Virus record (IMG/VR): IMGVR_UViG_3300007551_000005
Span: 1 to 40,561 of that record
Length of the DNA: 40,561 nucleotides
Source of the DNA: a virus
Taxonomy: Duplodnaviria > Caudoviricetes
Strand: one strand, 5' to 3'
Positions 26,363 to 35,574 of the stretch are shown here, piece by piece (within the stretch, counting starts at the first letter, position 1; each line of letters starts with the position of its first letter). A program made the position numbers and the translations under genes. The notes beneath the pieces are model-generated. The model did no database searches and was not told the origin of the DNA. It saw only the letters and a program-made list of their open reading frames with translations.

Positions 26363-28294
26363 ATGCCAACAATTACGTTACGTCCAGCAAACGGCCCACT
26401 ATCAGTTACCGAAATTGACTGTGGAGGCCCTCCTGCCGCGATTCCAGGTCAACCAACTCCTGCAAAATTAGGCGGGTCAGTAGACATATCTCCGTTTAGT
26501 AATTTAACTTCCTTTAAATGCAACAACAATGATATTGTGTCGCTCACTGGTTACGAAGATAAGTCTGCTATAACAGTTTTTGAATGTTTTAATAATAAGA
26601 TTACGGGATCATTGCCAAATATAAGCGGAATGACAGCCTTAACTGCATTCAGAGTTTATACAAATTTGCTGTCTGGTTCCATTCCAACTGGAAATATATC
26701 CGGGTTGCCTGTTATAGAAACTATTAACTACGGCGAAAATAACATTACCGGAAGCATTCCAAACATCACTAATTTAACAACTCTAAAAAACTTCCGCTGC
26801 AATACAAATAAACATACTGGAAGTATCCCAACGAATTTAGCCAATTTGACAAACTTACAGTTTTTTTATTGTTATAGAAACGAGTTGACTGGAAGCATTC
26901 CAGTTTTGACTGGGTTAACAAATTTACAAGAATTTCGTTGCTATGAAAACTTGTATGTAGCTAATCAATTTTCAGCACCGGGACGCGGAATTGGCGGCTC
27001 CATTCCTTCGTTAACTGGCTTAACATCATTAAGAATTTTTCAGTGCTATAGAAATGCATTAGTTAACGGGATTCCTTCTCTCGCTGGATTAACAAATTTA
27101 CAAGAATTTACGTGCTATGATAATATGTTAAACGGCTCTATTCCAGTTTTAACTGGCTTAACCGCACTAACAAATTTTCAATGTCATGACAATGACTTGA
27201 CTGGAGCAATACCAGCAAGTCTATCAAGTTTGACTGCCATACAAACATTTAATTGTGGAGGCAACGAGTTAACGGGAGCTATTCCAGCGACTTTGCCTAG
27301 TAGCCTGGTAACGTTTGTGTGCAGTAAAAATAAACTTAGTTCTACAATTCCAAGTTTAACTGGACTTAACAGTCTAATTGAGTTTGCTTGTGATAATAAC
27401 AAGGTAATACCACTTGACAGCATTACGGGTGTAAACGGATCAATTCCTAACTTAAATGGAAGAGTGGCTCTGCAAACGTTTAGATGTAACGACACTGAGG
27501 TTAATGACTATCCAGGCACAACAGCAATGCCTGGCACTCTAGGTAAATTTCATGCGTTTAACACAAACTTAACTGCAGCTGCTATAGGTAGAATATTAAA
27601 AGCATTTATTGACGGAGGACGAGTCGCTGGAGATCGATTTATAAATTTAGGCGGCAAACGCACAAACGGCACACTTCTTACTCCAAGTTTTACTGGAGGA
27701 ACTATACAAAATGCTCCAGGAACTAGTTTTGTTAGACTGGCTGGCTCAAAGACTGTAACTGTAAGTTTAAACAACCACGGTTATATATCCAATCAACTTC
27801 TTACGGTTACTTCTGCAGTGCATACGCTGTCAGGAGTTAGTTTCACACGAACTGGCTCAACAGTAACGGTAACTTTCCCGGCGCACGGTTTCACTAATGG
27901 TCAGTCACTCGTGATTGGTGATGCGAGTGAAACTTCTTTCCAGGCCGACTTTAAAGGCACCTTTACAATTGTAGTTGGAGGCGACCCAAATACTTTCCAA
28001 TATACAACAGCAACAAGCGGCGCCCTAGTTGGAACAGGAATGGCTACAATTTCTGACAACACCTTCAACAGCGCGTTTAAAGGCACCTTTAAAATTACGA
28101 GAGTTAATGATAATGTATTTACTTACGTTACTTCTTCAACCACTGCAATCACCGGAGCCGGCACCGCTACTCTAAGAAGCACAACAACCGCGACTGACGG
28201 CTACGCATACTATCAAACTCTTACCGAGTATAAAGACACTGTTCCAGCGACAACGCCATGGAACGTAGTAATCAATCAACCAACCTTGCCATAA
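26363..28294 (+). CDS. Leucine-rich repeat protein (plant-type GSIP LRR), probable adhesin
   Basis: More than 12 repeats of ~23-24 aa LTxLxxFxCxxNxLTGSIP, followed by C-terminal beta-rich HG-motif domains. Confidence 0.85.
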   Translation: MPTITLRPANGPLSVTEIDCGGPPAAIPGQPTPAKLGGSVDISPFSNLTSFKCNNNDIVSLTGYEDKSAITVFECFNNKITGSLPNISGMTALTAFRVYTNLLSGSIPTGNISGLPVIETINYGENNITGSIPNITNLTTLKNFRCNTNKHTGSIPTNLANLTNLQFFYCYRNELTGSIPVLTGLTNLQEFRCYENLYVANQFSAPGRGIGGSIPSLTGLTSLRIFQCYRNALVNGIPSLAGLTNLQEFTCYDNMLNGSIPVLTGLTALTNFQCHDNDLTGAIPASLSSLTAIQTFNCGGNELTGAIPATLPSSLVTFVCSKNKLSSTIPSLTGLNSLIEFACDNNKVIPLDSITGVNGSIPNLNGRVALQTFRCNDTEVNDYPGTTAMPGTLGKFHAFNTNLTAAAIGRILKAFIDGGRVAGDRFINLGGKRTNGTLLTPSFTGGTIQNAPGTSFVRLAGSKTVTVSLNNHGYISNQLLTVTSAVHTLSGVSFTRTGSTVTVTFPAHGFTNGQSLVIGDASETSFQADFKGTFTIVVGGDPNTFQYTTATSGALVGTGMATISDNTFNSAFKGTFKITRVNDNVFTYVTSSTTAITGAGTATLRSTTTATDGYAYYQTLTEYKDTVPATTPWNVVINQPTLP

Positions 28295-28295
28295 C

Positions 28296-28532
28296 ATGAT
28301 AATTGAACATAAAAATACAATTGTTGACGTATCTTCTGATAAGTGGGTAATAATGTATAACGACGAGACTCTTAAGCTCTTAACCGAACCGTTTCAAAGT
28401 TGCGGATCATACACCTGCGCAGACACACTTGTAGTAGCAGACACTCTAGAAGAGTGCAGAGCCTATATTACGGAAAAAAAACTAATTAACCAGTCTGTCG
28501 TTGAAGAGAGCCATCACGAGGATGATTTATAA
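28296..28532 (+). CDS. Small hypothetical protein coupled to the LRR gene
   Basis: 78 aa starting 1 nt after the LRR stop. It fills the gap before the next late promoter. Confidence 0.65.
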   Translation: MIIEHKNTIVDVSSDKWVIMYNDETLKLLTEPFQSCGSYTCADTLVVADTLEECRAYITEKKLINQSVVEESHHEDDL

Positions 28533-28535
28533 ATA
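28528..28535 (+). promoter_or_regulatory. T4-type late promoter TATAAATA containing the upstream TAA stop
   Basis: Exact consensus ending 5 nt before ATG 28541. Confidence 0.8.
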
Positions 28536-28540
28536 ATTAT

Positions 28541-30142
28541 ATGCCAAATCCACCGCCAATTAACCTAGGGCCATACGTCTTAAACGCGCCGACAGAAGTT
28601 GAAAAGGGGCACATAAGAGAAAGTTTGGATCTTGGATCTGCTTCTTTGCTGCAAGGCAGCTTTTTAGACACGAACCGACTTGTTTTTACTGATCCAAATA
28701 ACAGTCAACGCACAATAACACTTGACAAAACTCAGTTAAACGGTTCTGCTGCTGATCGCTTAAGAATTGCCCGTGTAGTCAACGTAACTGGTGACGTCAC
28801 CACCACGTCACCTGCCCCAGTATTTGACGGCACATCAGACTTGTATATTCCAATTACGATTAACGCCGGAACAATCAACGAGTCAAAGCTAGCGACTGAC
28901 GCTGTCGTTGGTTCAAAAATTAAAAACGGAACAATAACGCCAAACAAACTATCTGGAACTTTCCCAGACTGGGGAAATGCTGGCGTATTGTATATTAAGC
29001 AGCCAGCTATCGAACTTGGTTCTGGCATAACGGCAAACGGAAATTCATTTATTGACTTTCATTCATCTTTCCCGCTTGTCGACTATGATGCGCGTATATG
29101 GAGACGTCCTGGAGTCGACGGGGCATTTGATATACTCAATGTTGGAACAGGAAACATAAATATTGGCGGCGGACTCTCTGTTGGGTCAGACGACACTGTT
29201 ACTTCTACGCGTCAAGTTATTGGAGTGATAGAAATTACTGGCAACCAAATCAATACGACTGCGCAGTATCCAGTTGGTCAACCTGCGAACGTTGAGATTG
29301 CGCTCAACTATGAAAATAGTGATGGCACAATTGCAACTTTCTTAAATACTACAGTTTTTGATGGCAAACGTGCAACAGTTGCCAAATTTTTTGGAGACAC
29401 AAAAACACTCGAGACATACGGACCATGCCGTAGTATAACAAATGGACAAGTTGGGTGGGCGACCGCCGGACTCGAATCACGCAGCGCAACTGGAAATGCG
29501 CTTGTTTCTTTGCATGCCGCCGGATCAACAGCGACGCTTTTACGTCACGTTCGTGGCCTCGCAGGTCTTGAAGTGCGCGATGCTGGTGACACTGACTATG
29601 CTCCGCTAAAGGCATCAAAGATTACTGCAACTAGTGACATTACTATTAACGAAGGAAGTCCAACTTTAATCTTACAGGACACCAATCATCGTAGCGGCAT
29701 GATACACGTAAACTCTAATACGTTTTACGTATTGCGTGGTAGCAATGTAAACTCTACTACGTGGGAAACTATTAACGGTAGATGGCCGCTTGAAATTAAT
29801 TTAGAAAATAATAACGCAGTTTTTGGCGGAGACGTAAATGCTGGATCCTTTACTTCACGTTCGTCAGTGCGTTATAAAAAAGATATTGTTCCATTACAAG
29901 ACTCTTTAAGCAAAGTAAACTCTCTAAATGGAGTCTCCTATGTATGGAAAGACACTGAAAAGTCTGACGTCGGACTAATAGCTGAAGAGGTTCATGAGAT
30001 TTATCCAGAATTGGTTCATAAAACTTCTTCAGACGAGGTTGAAGGCGTAGAATATGGAAAACTTACCGCGGTGCTTATCGAGGCAATAAAAGAATTGACC
30101 AAACGCGTCGTAGAACTTGAAAAGCAACTAGAAAAAAGATAA
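28541..30142 (+). CDS. Tail fibre with C-terminal peptidase S74 intramolecular chaperone
   Basis: FIDFH...DYDARI fibre motif. S74 domain: SSVRYKKDI...LNGVSYVWK...GLIAEEV...PELV...YGKLTAVLIEAIKEL plus coiled coil. Confidence 0.9.
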   Translation: MPNPPPINLGPYVLNAPTEVEKGHIRESLDLGSASLLQGSFLDTNRLVFTDPNNSQRTITLDKTQLNGSAADRLRIARVVNVTGDVTTTSPAPVFDGTSDLYIPITINAGTINESKLATDAVVGSKIKNGTITPNKLSGTFPDWGNAGVLYIKQPAIELGSGITANGNSFIDFHSSFPLVDYDARIWRRPGVDGAFDILNVGTGNINIGGGLSVGSDDTVTSTRQVIGVIEITGNQINTTAQYPVGQPANVEIALNYENSDGTIATFLNTTVFDGKRATVAKFFGDTKTLETYGPCRSITNGQVGWATAGLESRSATGNALVSLHAAGSTATLLRHVRGLAGLEVRDAGDTDYAPLKASKITATSDITINEGSPTLILQDTNHRSGMIHVNSNTFYVLRGSNVNSTTWETINGRWPLEINLENNNAVFGGDVNAGSFTSRSSVRYKKDIVPLQDSLSKVNSLNGVSYVWKDTEKSDVGLIAEEVHEIYPELVHKTSSDEVEGVEYGKLTAVLIEAIKELTKRVVELEKQLEKR

Positions 30143-30145
30143 ACG

Positions 30146-31120
30146 ATGTCATCTGGTTATACAGTAAATGGTACTGACTTTGATGACCTTTTTTTGCCGC
30201 GCGTAATAGGCGCAGCTACGGGAAATTCTGGATATAAAGTTGGCACCCAAGATTTGTCTGACCGTTACGAAGCGTCTAGAAGTGTCGGTGATCGATCGAC
30301 AACGACGACAAATTTTAAAATATCGTCTGGAGCGGACATCAATACGCTCTATATGGCAAAAAGAACTGCGGTTATACCTAGAAAAACTAGTATAGACGAA
30401 GGAACTTCCGTTACTTTTGACGTCGCGGTTGTTGGCGTTGCTGCAGGCACAACTCTATATTGGTCACTCTCGCGAAGTGACCTCTCCCCAAACAGCGGGA
30501 GTTTTGTAGTGCAGAGTTCTGGAGCTCATTCTTTTGTCGTGACGGCAAATAACGATGTTACGACTGAAGGCACCACGAGCTTTACTGCTAGCATAAGAAG
30601 AAACAGCATTAGTGGAACAATTATTGCAACAAGCGCAGACGTTACAATAAATGATACATCGGTTAAGCCAACATATCCTGACACTCTAGCGTTTGAACTA
30701 AGACAATATTCAGGTGACTGTTTTCAACTCTATGTTAGCGGCTCAAACTCTAAAACATATAGCGTATATTGTACAAACAGCGCAAATAATGGTGGCCTTC
30801 CAAAATATCGCGGTTTTACTTTTAACCCCACATCAAGTCCAGGCACTCCTAGAGTTAATATAATTAACCAAGGGTGGGGAGGTAATCGGTTTAATATACA
30901 AACTATAAGCCTCCTAAATGGGGCTGGAGGGACAGTTAAAACTTGGGACATACACAAAACATTCTATACAGGCAGTAATATTGATGGTATTACTTCAGGC
31001 GTATTCACTATCACCAATCTTGGACACGTTGATTTACATGAAAATGCTACATATAATTTAAGTTCGAACACATATTCATATAATTTAGCGATTGCTAAAT
31101 TTACAATTGGTGTAAATTGA
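30146..31120 (+). CDS. Putative fibre-tip adhesin with Calx-beta/Ig-like domain
   Basis: Directly follows the S74 fibre. Three N-terminal GYxVxGxD repeats, then SIDEGTSVTF...GTTLYW...DVTTEG...VTINDTS. Confidence 0.65.
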   Translation: MSSGYTVNGTDFDDLFLPRVIGAATGNSGYKVGTQDLSDRYEASRSVGDRSTTTTNFKISSGADINTLYMAKRTAVIPRKTSIDEGTSVTFDVAVVGVAAGTTLYWSLSRSDLSPNSGSFVVQSSGAHSFVVTANNDVTTEGTTSFTASIRRNSISGTIIATSADVTINDTSVKPTYPDTLAFELRQYSGDCFQLYVSGSNSKTYSVYCTNSANNGGLPKYRGFTFNPTSSPGTPRVNIINQGWGGNRFNIQTISLLNGAGGTVKTWDIHKTFYTGSNIDGITSGVFTITNLGHVDLHENATYNLSSNTYSYNLAIAKFTIGVN

Positions 31121-31134
31121 TTGTTTATAAAATT

Positions 31135-31142
31135 TATAAATA
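31135..31142 (+). promoter_or_regulatory. T4-type late promoter TATAAATA
   Basis: Exact consensus ending 6 nt before ATG 31149. Confidence 0.8.
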
Positions 31143-31148
31143 GACTAT

Positions 31149-33866
31149 ATGGCGACGTATAGTAATATCTACATAGACCAGGGCAGCACCTACTCATCTG
31201 TCATAGACGTAAAAGACAGCAACGGGCTGCCATTCAACTTGACTGACTACCAATCTCGCGGTCAGATACGCAAGAGCTATTCATCGCCGAGTACAATTAT
31301 ATTTACTACAAATATAAATCTTCCACTTCAAGGCAAAGTTGAAGTATCATTGACAGCGGGCCAAACTCGCGCTATGAAAGCTGGACGCTATGTCTATGAT
31401 GTTGAAATATTCAATGATGAAGGCTATGTCATGCGAATAGCTGAAGGACAGGTAGAAATAAATCCTGGAATAGCAAATGATGATGCTGTCGTACTGCCAC
31501 CGATTCCAACACTAATTGAAATTATTGATGACCGAATTGATAGTAAAATTATAGATGCCCCTTCTTCACAAGCATTTAGACAGTCTTTAGGTGATTCTGG
31601 AGACGTCAACGGCTACAACACTCTTCAACTGCATCCTGATGCTTCTCGTTCATCTTCAGATCAATATCTCGTCGTTGATCCTACCTCCCCAAATCACATT
31701 CACATTCGTGCAGGCGGCACCCAAGATGCTTCTAGTGCAGAGTTATATCTCGGAGCTGAAAAGAACTATGTTCGAGTAATAGATGGACAGGGCATCAGAA
31801 TACAAAACGAAAATGCAGACGTTATTTTTTATTCTTATGTTGACCCAGTTGGCTATACGTCTGCCACTTGGTATACTTCTGGTGGAAACCATTTCCTGCA
31901 ATTAACATCTACAGACAACGTTTTCATTGGACGTTTAGAAGCCTTTACTGATGGTGCTCCTAATTACATACAACTTTGGAGTCCAGGTCAGTCTCCTGCA
32001 AATCTCACTTATGTTCCAGGCACATACAGCCAAGTTGGCGATGTGTTTACGTTTCAGGTCAACGATGGACACGGACTTGGCGAAACTCAAATAGCATCTG
32101 AAATTGTTTTTGGTCTGTACACATCAAGGGTAAACTCTTTACGATTAGAAAACAATGACTTTAGAGTTGATGTAACTGATGACATTCGTATGTTTGCCGA
32201 TGATTATTTTCTCTTAGCAAATACTTCTGTCGATACTCCTATCGTAATCGCAACAAATTACAATAACAATGAGTATGCATGGAATTTTAATGCAGATGGC
32301 ACAACAGAATTTCCTAACAATACTATTCAACCTACCGGCACTGCTGGTCTTAGGATTAAAAATCAAACCCAATCCTACACATTTAATGCTGAAACAGAAG
32401 ATGGTGGTCCATTCGTGTATGTCACTATCTCTGGCAACGAAAGCATCCTAAATGTAGATACCACTTGGACAGCAGTGATAGGCAACTCAACGTATGGAAT
32501 TATAGGCGTACAGACAGTTGGCAATACGATAGAGGTAAGATTAGAAGAAGGAAATGTTGCTTATAATACTGCTGTAAAATTTATTCCGCCAGCCAATACT
32601 TGGACATTTGATCAAAGTGGTGACATAACAGTTCCTGGCAACATAAGCACCACGAAGGGAGAAGACTTCGCTATTACATCAGTAGCTGGCGCATCTAGTG
32701 TTGTAATAAATGCTGCTGATACATTTGGGGACTTTTGGCGTTTGTTTGTACTAAAGAGCCAATATCCAACCTTAGGAACAGATGTCAAGGTAGGTTCAAC
32801 TGTAACCATGAATTGGGGCCCACAAGCAACAGCCACTATAAGAAGTATAATAGAAGATGTTGGTGCCGGAACATGGAAGTTTTACTTTGATGAAGATGTT
32901 CTCACAGGATATTTTGATGGGCCGAAAACAGCTTCATTTGGAACAGGCCCTAAACAATGGAAGTTTACTACAGAGGGAAATACATTGTTCCCGACACTCT
33001 CTACACCTAGAGGTGATACTGCTCAAGGTTCACTCGTTTCAAATACATTAAAATTAGGAGACGGTACAAATCAAGCAGTCATAACTACGCCTGATGGAAA
33101 ACAACCATATTATAATAGCCAGCGACTAGTGATTAATCCCGGTCAAGGAAATGGATTTGGAGAGGGAGGCGATATATATCTTTGGGCAGGAAGAGGCGGA
33201 GTTGACGGTGGCAGTGGTGGAGATATTAAAATACGCGGTGGATACGGACCAGAAACTGGTGGTGGAGGATACGTTCGCATAGAAGGAGGTGACACTACCA
33301 ATGGCAATGCAGGGTTTGTAGAGATAAAGGGAGGCAACAGCTATACAACGGCTGGAGGCGATGTGGATATTTATGGTGGATACGGCGATGGAGGCACACA
33401 AAACGGTAATGTAACAGTAAGCACGTATGACACAACTGGTGTTTTAAAAACATGGACATTTGATACGACAGGCAGTACTGGCACCTTAACATTCCCAGAC
33501 TCTACTGTACAGTCAACTGCATATCAAACTGGTCAAACGACAGTGCTGCTTAACGCTGACACAGAAATTGGAGAGACTGGATACACAGTAGCATCTTTAA
33601 CTGGTACAAATGTTATTGTTTTTGCTCCTGAAGCAGAATACACTAACAGCACAGGTCATAATGTTAACATACCGACTCCTAGCTATGCAGGGCATAAGTT
33701 ATCTCTATTGAATGTTTATACTGGAGGCACTGCCCATGTACATTGGTCAACTCAGTCTGGTAATTTAACCGCAGATGTACCGTCTGGTTGGAATATTGAA
33801 TTAACTGCATTCGATACGCCACAATATGGATTAGCTTGGTGGGTAACTAGCGCATATAATTGGTAA
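31149..33866 (+). CDS. Fibre protein with N-terminal beta-sandwich (BppU-like) anchor and Gly-rich repeats
   Basis: IDQGSTY...RGQIRKSY...SLTAGQT...GRYVYDVEI...EGQV, four WxF..G...(F/V)P motifs, and GGDIxIxGG repeats. Confidence 0.75.
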   Translation: MATYSNIYIDQGSTYSSVIDVKDSNGLPFNLTDYQSRGQIRKSYSSPSTIIFTTNINLPLQGKVEVSLTAGQTRAMKAGRYVYDVEIFNDEGYVMRIAEGQVEINPGIANDDAVVLPPIPTLIEIIDDRIDSKIIDAPSSQAFRQSLGDSGDVNGYNTLQLHPDASRSSSDQYLVVDPTSPNHIHIRAGGTQDASSAELYLGAEKNYVRVIDGQGIRIQNENADVIFYSYVDPVGYTSATWYTSGGNHFLQLTSTDNVFIGRLEAFTDGAPNYIQLWSPGQSPANLTYVPGTYSQVGDVFTFQVNDGHGLGETQIASEIVFGLYTSRVNSLRLENNDFRVDVTDDIRMFADDYFLLANTSVDTPIVIATNYNNNEYAWNFNADGTTEFPNNTIQPTGTAGLRIKNQTQSYTFNAETEDGGPFVYVTISGNESILNVDTTWTAVIGNSTYGIIGVQTVGNTIEVRLEEGNVAYNTAVKFIPPANTWTFDQSGDITVPGNISTTKGEDFAITSVAGASSVVINAADTFGDFWRLFVLKSQYPTLGTDVKVGSTVTMNWGPQATATIRSIIEDVGAGTWKFYFDEDVLTGYFDGPKTASFGTGPKQWKFTTEGNTLFPTLSTPRGDTAQGSLVSNTLKLGDGTNQAVITTPDGKQPYYNSQRLVINPGQGNGFGEGGDIYLWAGRGGVDGGSGGDIKIRGGYGPETGGGGYVRIEGGDTTNGNAGFVEIKGGNSYTTAGGDVDIYGGYGDGGTQNGNVTVSTYDTTGVLKTWTFDTTGSTGTLTFPDSTVQSTAYQTGQTTVLLNADTEIGETGYTVASLTGTNVIVFAPEAEYTNSTGHNVNIPTPSYAGHKLSLLNVYTGGTAHVHWSTQSGNLTADVPSGWNIELTAFDTPQYGLAWWVTSAYNW

Positions 33867-33900
33867 TGGTGTATGCCTGAAGACATACAATATCGGTTAG

Positions 33901-33908
33901 TATAAATA
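33901..33908 (+). promoter_or_regulatory. T4-type late promoter TATAAATA
   Basis: Exact consensus ending 9 nt before ATG 33918. Confidence 0.8.
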
Positions 33909-33917
33909 TCATACAGC

Positions 33918-35561
33918 ATGGATTTAAAACATACAGTTTTTTCACATCAGCGTCGCCGAAAACCTGGTCCAGCATTTGAAGTTGATTTTGTAAACTACAG
34001 CGAAGGTCAAGCTCAAGTTGGTCCTACTCCGGCTTTTACACGGGCAAGTTCTGGTACATTTGTTAACGAGAATGGACGCATTGTTGGAAAGACCAAAACT
34101 ACAACCACGCTCGTTCCAAATAACCTGACCGCTAACGTTTCTGTTATTACAATTGATGTACCAGGCGGCAGCGTCGTTGGTTGGCTTAATGGCTCTACAG
34201 TAGTCGTTATGCAAGACCTCAACGGCGATGACATTGCTGGTGACGCTCAAAATATTACTGGAACTATACTGCACAAGTCAGACACAACACTAACGCTTAG
34301 AGTGACTAGCCGTACTACTGGCGCTGTTGCAATATCAGACTGGTGGGTATCATACAGGGGTCTAAGATTGGAACACGACCCAATCACGCTCAGGCGCCGC
34401 GGTTTTTTAAAGGAAGATAACAGAACAAACTTTGTAACTCGTAGCGGTGAAATGCATCTGTGGACTGGTAACGGCACTCGTGTAGTCTCAACTGAAACAT
34501 GCCCAGACGGCACAAACAGCGCTACGCTATTAACTTCTGGTACTGCTAGTTATGCTGGCTTTCTTAGGTCACTAAACAATATACCACACACTAGCGGTAG
34601 AATATACACAGTTAGCGCATTTGTTAAAAAGGGCAACTGGAGTTATGTGTCTTTGGACTGGGGGCCGCTTCGTCCCTCTGGTGGTATGCTTCCCTTTTTT
34701 AATCTTGACACATTTGTTTTTAATGCAAATGGCTCTTCAGCGACTGGTAGAATAGAACATTTTCCAAACGGTTGGATGCGTCTAATCGTTACTGGTCCCG
34801 CAGGCTCAACAAATGCTACTGGAACGGTAGCAGACTTTACTCTTACTGGATCAAACGGCGCCTCTGAGGGCGGTGTTGGGGCAGATAAAACTGTCTATGT
34901 ATGGGGCTATCAAGTAGAAACTGATAATAGCGCCGTCGGCAGCAACGTTTCAAGCTATATACCAACAACTATTCTTCCAGCATTAAGATCGGGAGACGTC
35001 TATACACAATCTAGTATTTCAAGCTATTATAACGCGCAAGGCGGCACTCTAGTCGGTCAATGCAGCCTAAATAGGAGAACTGATCAAGTAGCAACTGAAC
35101 TTTTTCGGTTTGGATTTGAAGATGGCTTATCACGCGTTCAACTTGGTGTGACAAACGGAGGAGGTCAAGCAATCAGAGCGTATATTGGTATTGGTCCTAG
35201 TGGAAGTTTTACATTTATAGGTGCCGGCCAATGTGGAGGCTTGGGCACATTGCCTCCAGGCCCAACACTAAGAAAAGTAGCCTTTACTTTTGCTAGTAAC
35301 GACGCGAGGGTGTGTCTTAACGGCACTCTCGGCACGCAAGACACTAGTGTCGAGCTGCCATCTACAACTGATCTTTTTAGATACAATCCACAAGCTACAA
35401 TTGGACGACTATGGGACGGAATTATTACAAATATTCAATACTATCGTCAACGTCTGCCAAACTCAAAGCTTCAAACTCTTACTACAACCTCTACACAAGA
35501 TCTCACATTGGGTGTAGACTCTATTACATATTTGAATGATCAAATTAGAATAACAATATAA
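33918..35561 (+). CDS. Head-spike/fibre-like carbohydrate-binding protein
   Basis: FTRASSGTFVNENG, EHDP...EDNRTN, NGWMRL, VWGYQVE...SSYIPT...R..D and a LamG-like C-terminus match the head-fibre pattern. Confidence 0.7.
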   Translation: MDLKHTVFSHQRRRKPGPAFEVDFVNYSEGQAQVGPTPAFTRASSGTFVNENGRIVGKTKTTTTLVPNNLTANVSVITIDVPGGSVVGWLNGSTVVVMQDLNGDDIAGDAQNITGTILHKSDTTLTLRVTSRTTGAVAISDWWVSYRGLRLEHDPITLRRRGFLKEDNRTNFVTRSGEMHLWTGNGTRVVSTETCPDGTNSATLLTSGTASYAGFLRSLNNIPHTSGRIYTVSAFVKKGNWSYVSLDWGPLRPSGGMLPFFNLDTFVFNANGSSATGRIEHFPNGWMRLIVTGPAGSTNATGTVADFTLTGSNGASEGGVGADKTVYVWGYQVETDNSAVGSNVSSYIPTTILPALRSGDVYTQSSISSYYNAQGGTLVGQCSLNRRTDQVATELFRFGFEDGLSRVQLGVTNGGGQAIRAYIGIGPSGSFTFIGAGQCGGLGTLPPGPTLRKVAFTFASNDARVCLNGTLGTQDTSVELPSTTDLFRYNPQATIGRLWDGIITNIQYYRQRLPNSKLQTLTTTSTQDLTLGVDSITYLNDQIRITI

Positions 35562-35564
35562 ATA
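35557..35564 (+). promoter_or_regulatory. T4-type late promoter TATAAATA containing the upstream TAA stop
   Basis: Exact consensus ending 10 nt before ATG 35575. Confidence 0.8.
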
Positions 35565-35574
35565 ACAGTATATT

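Noticed and set aside
33870-33889. Hairpin TGTATG...CATACA as a terminator
   Set aside because: The stem is short and AT-rich with no U-tract.
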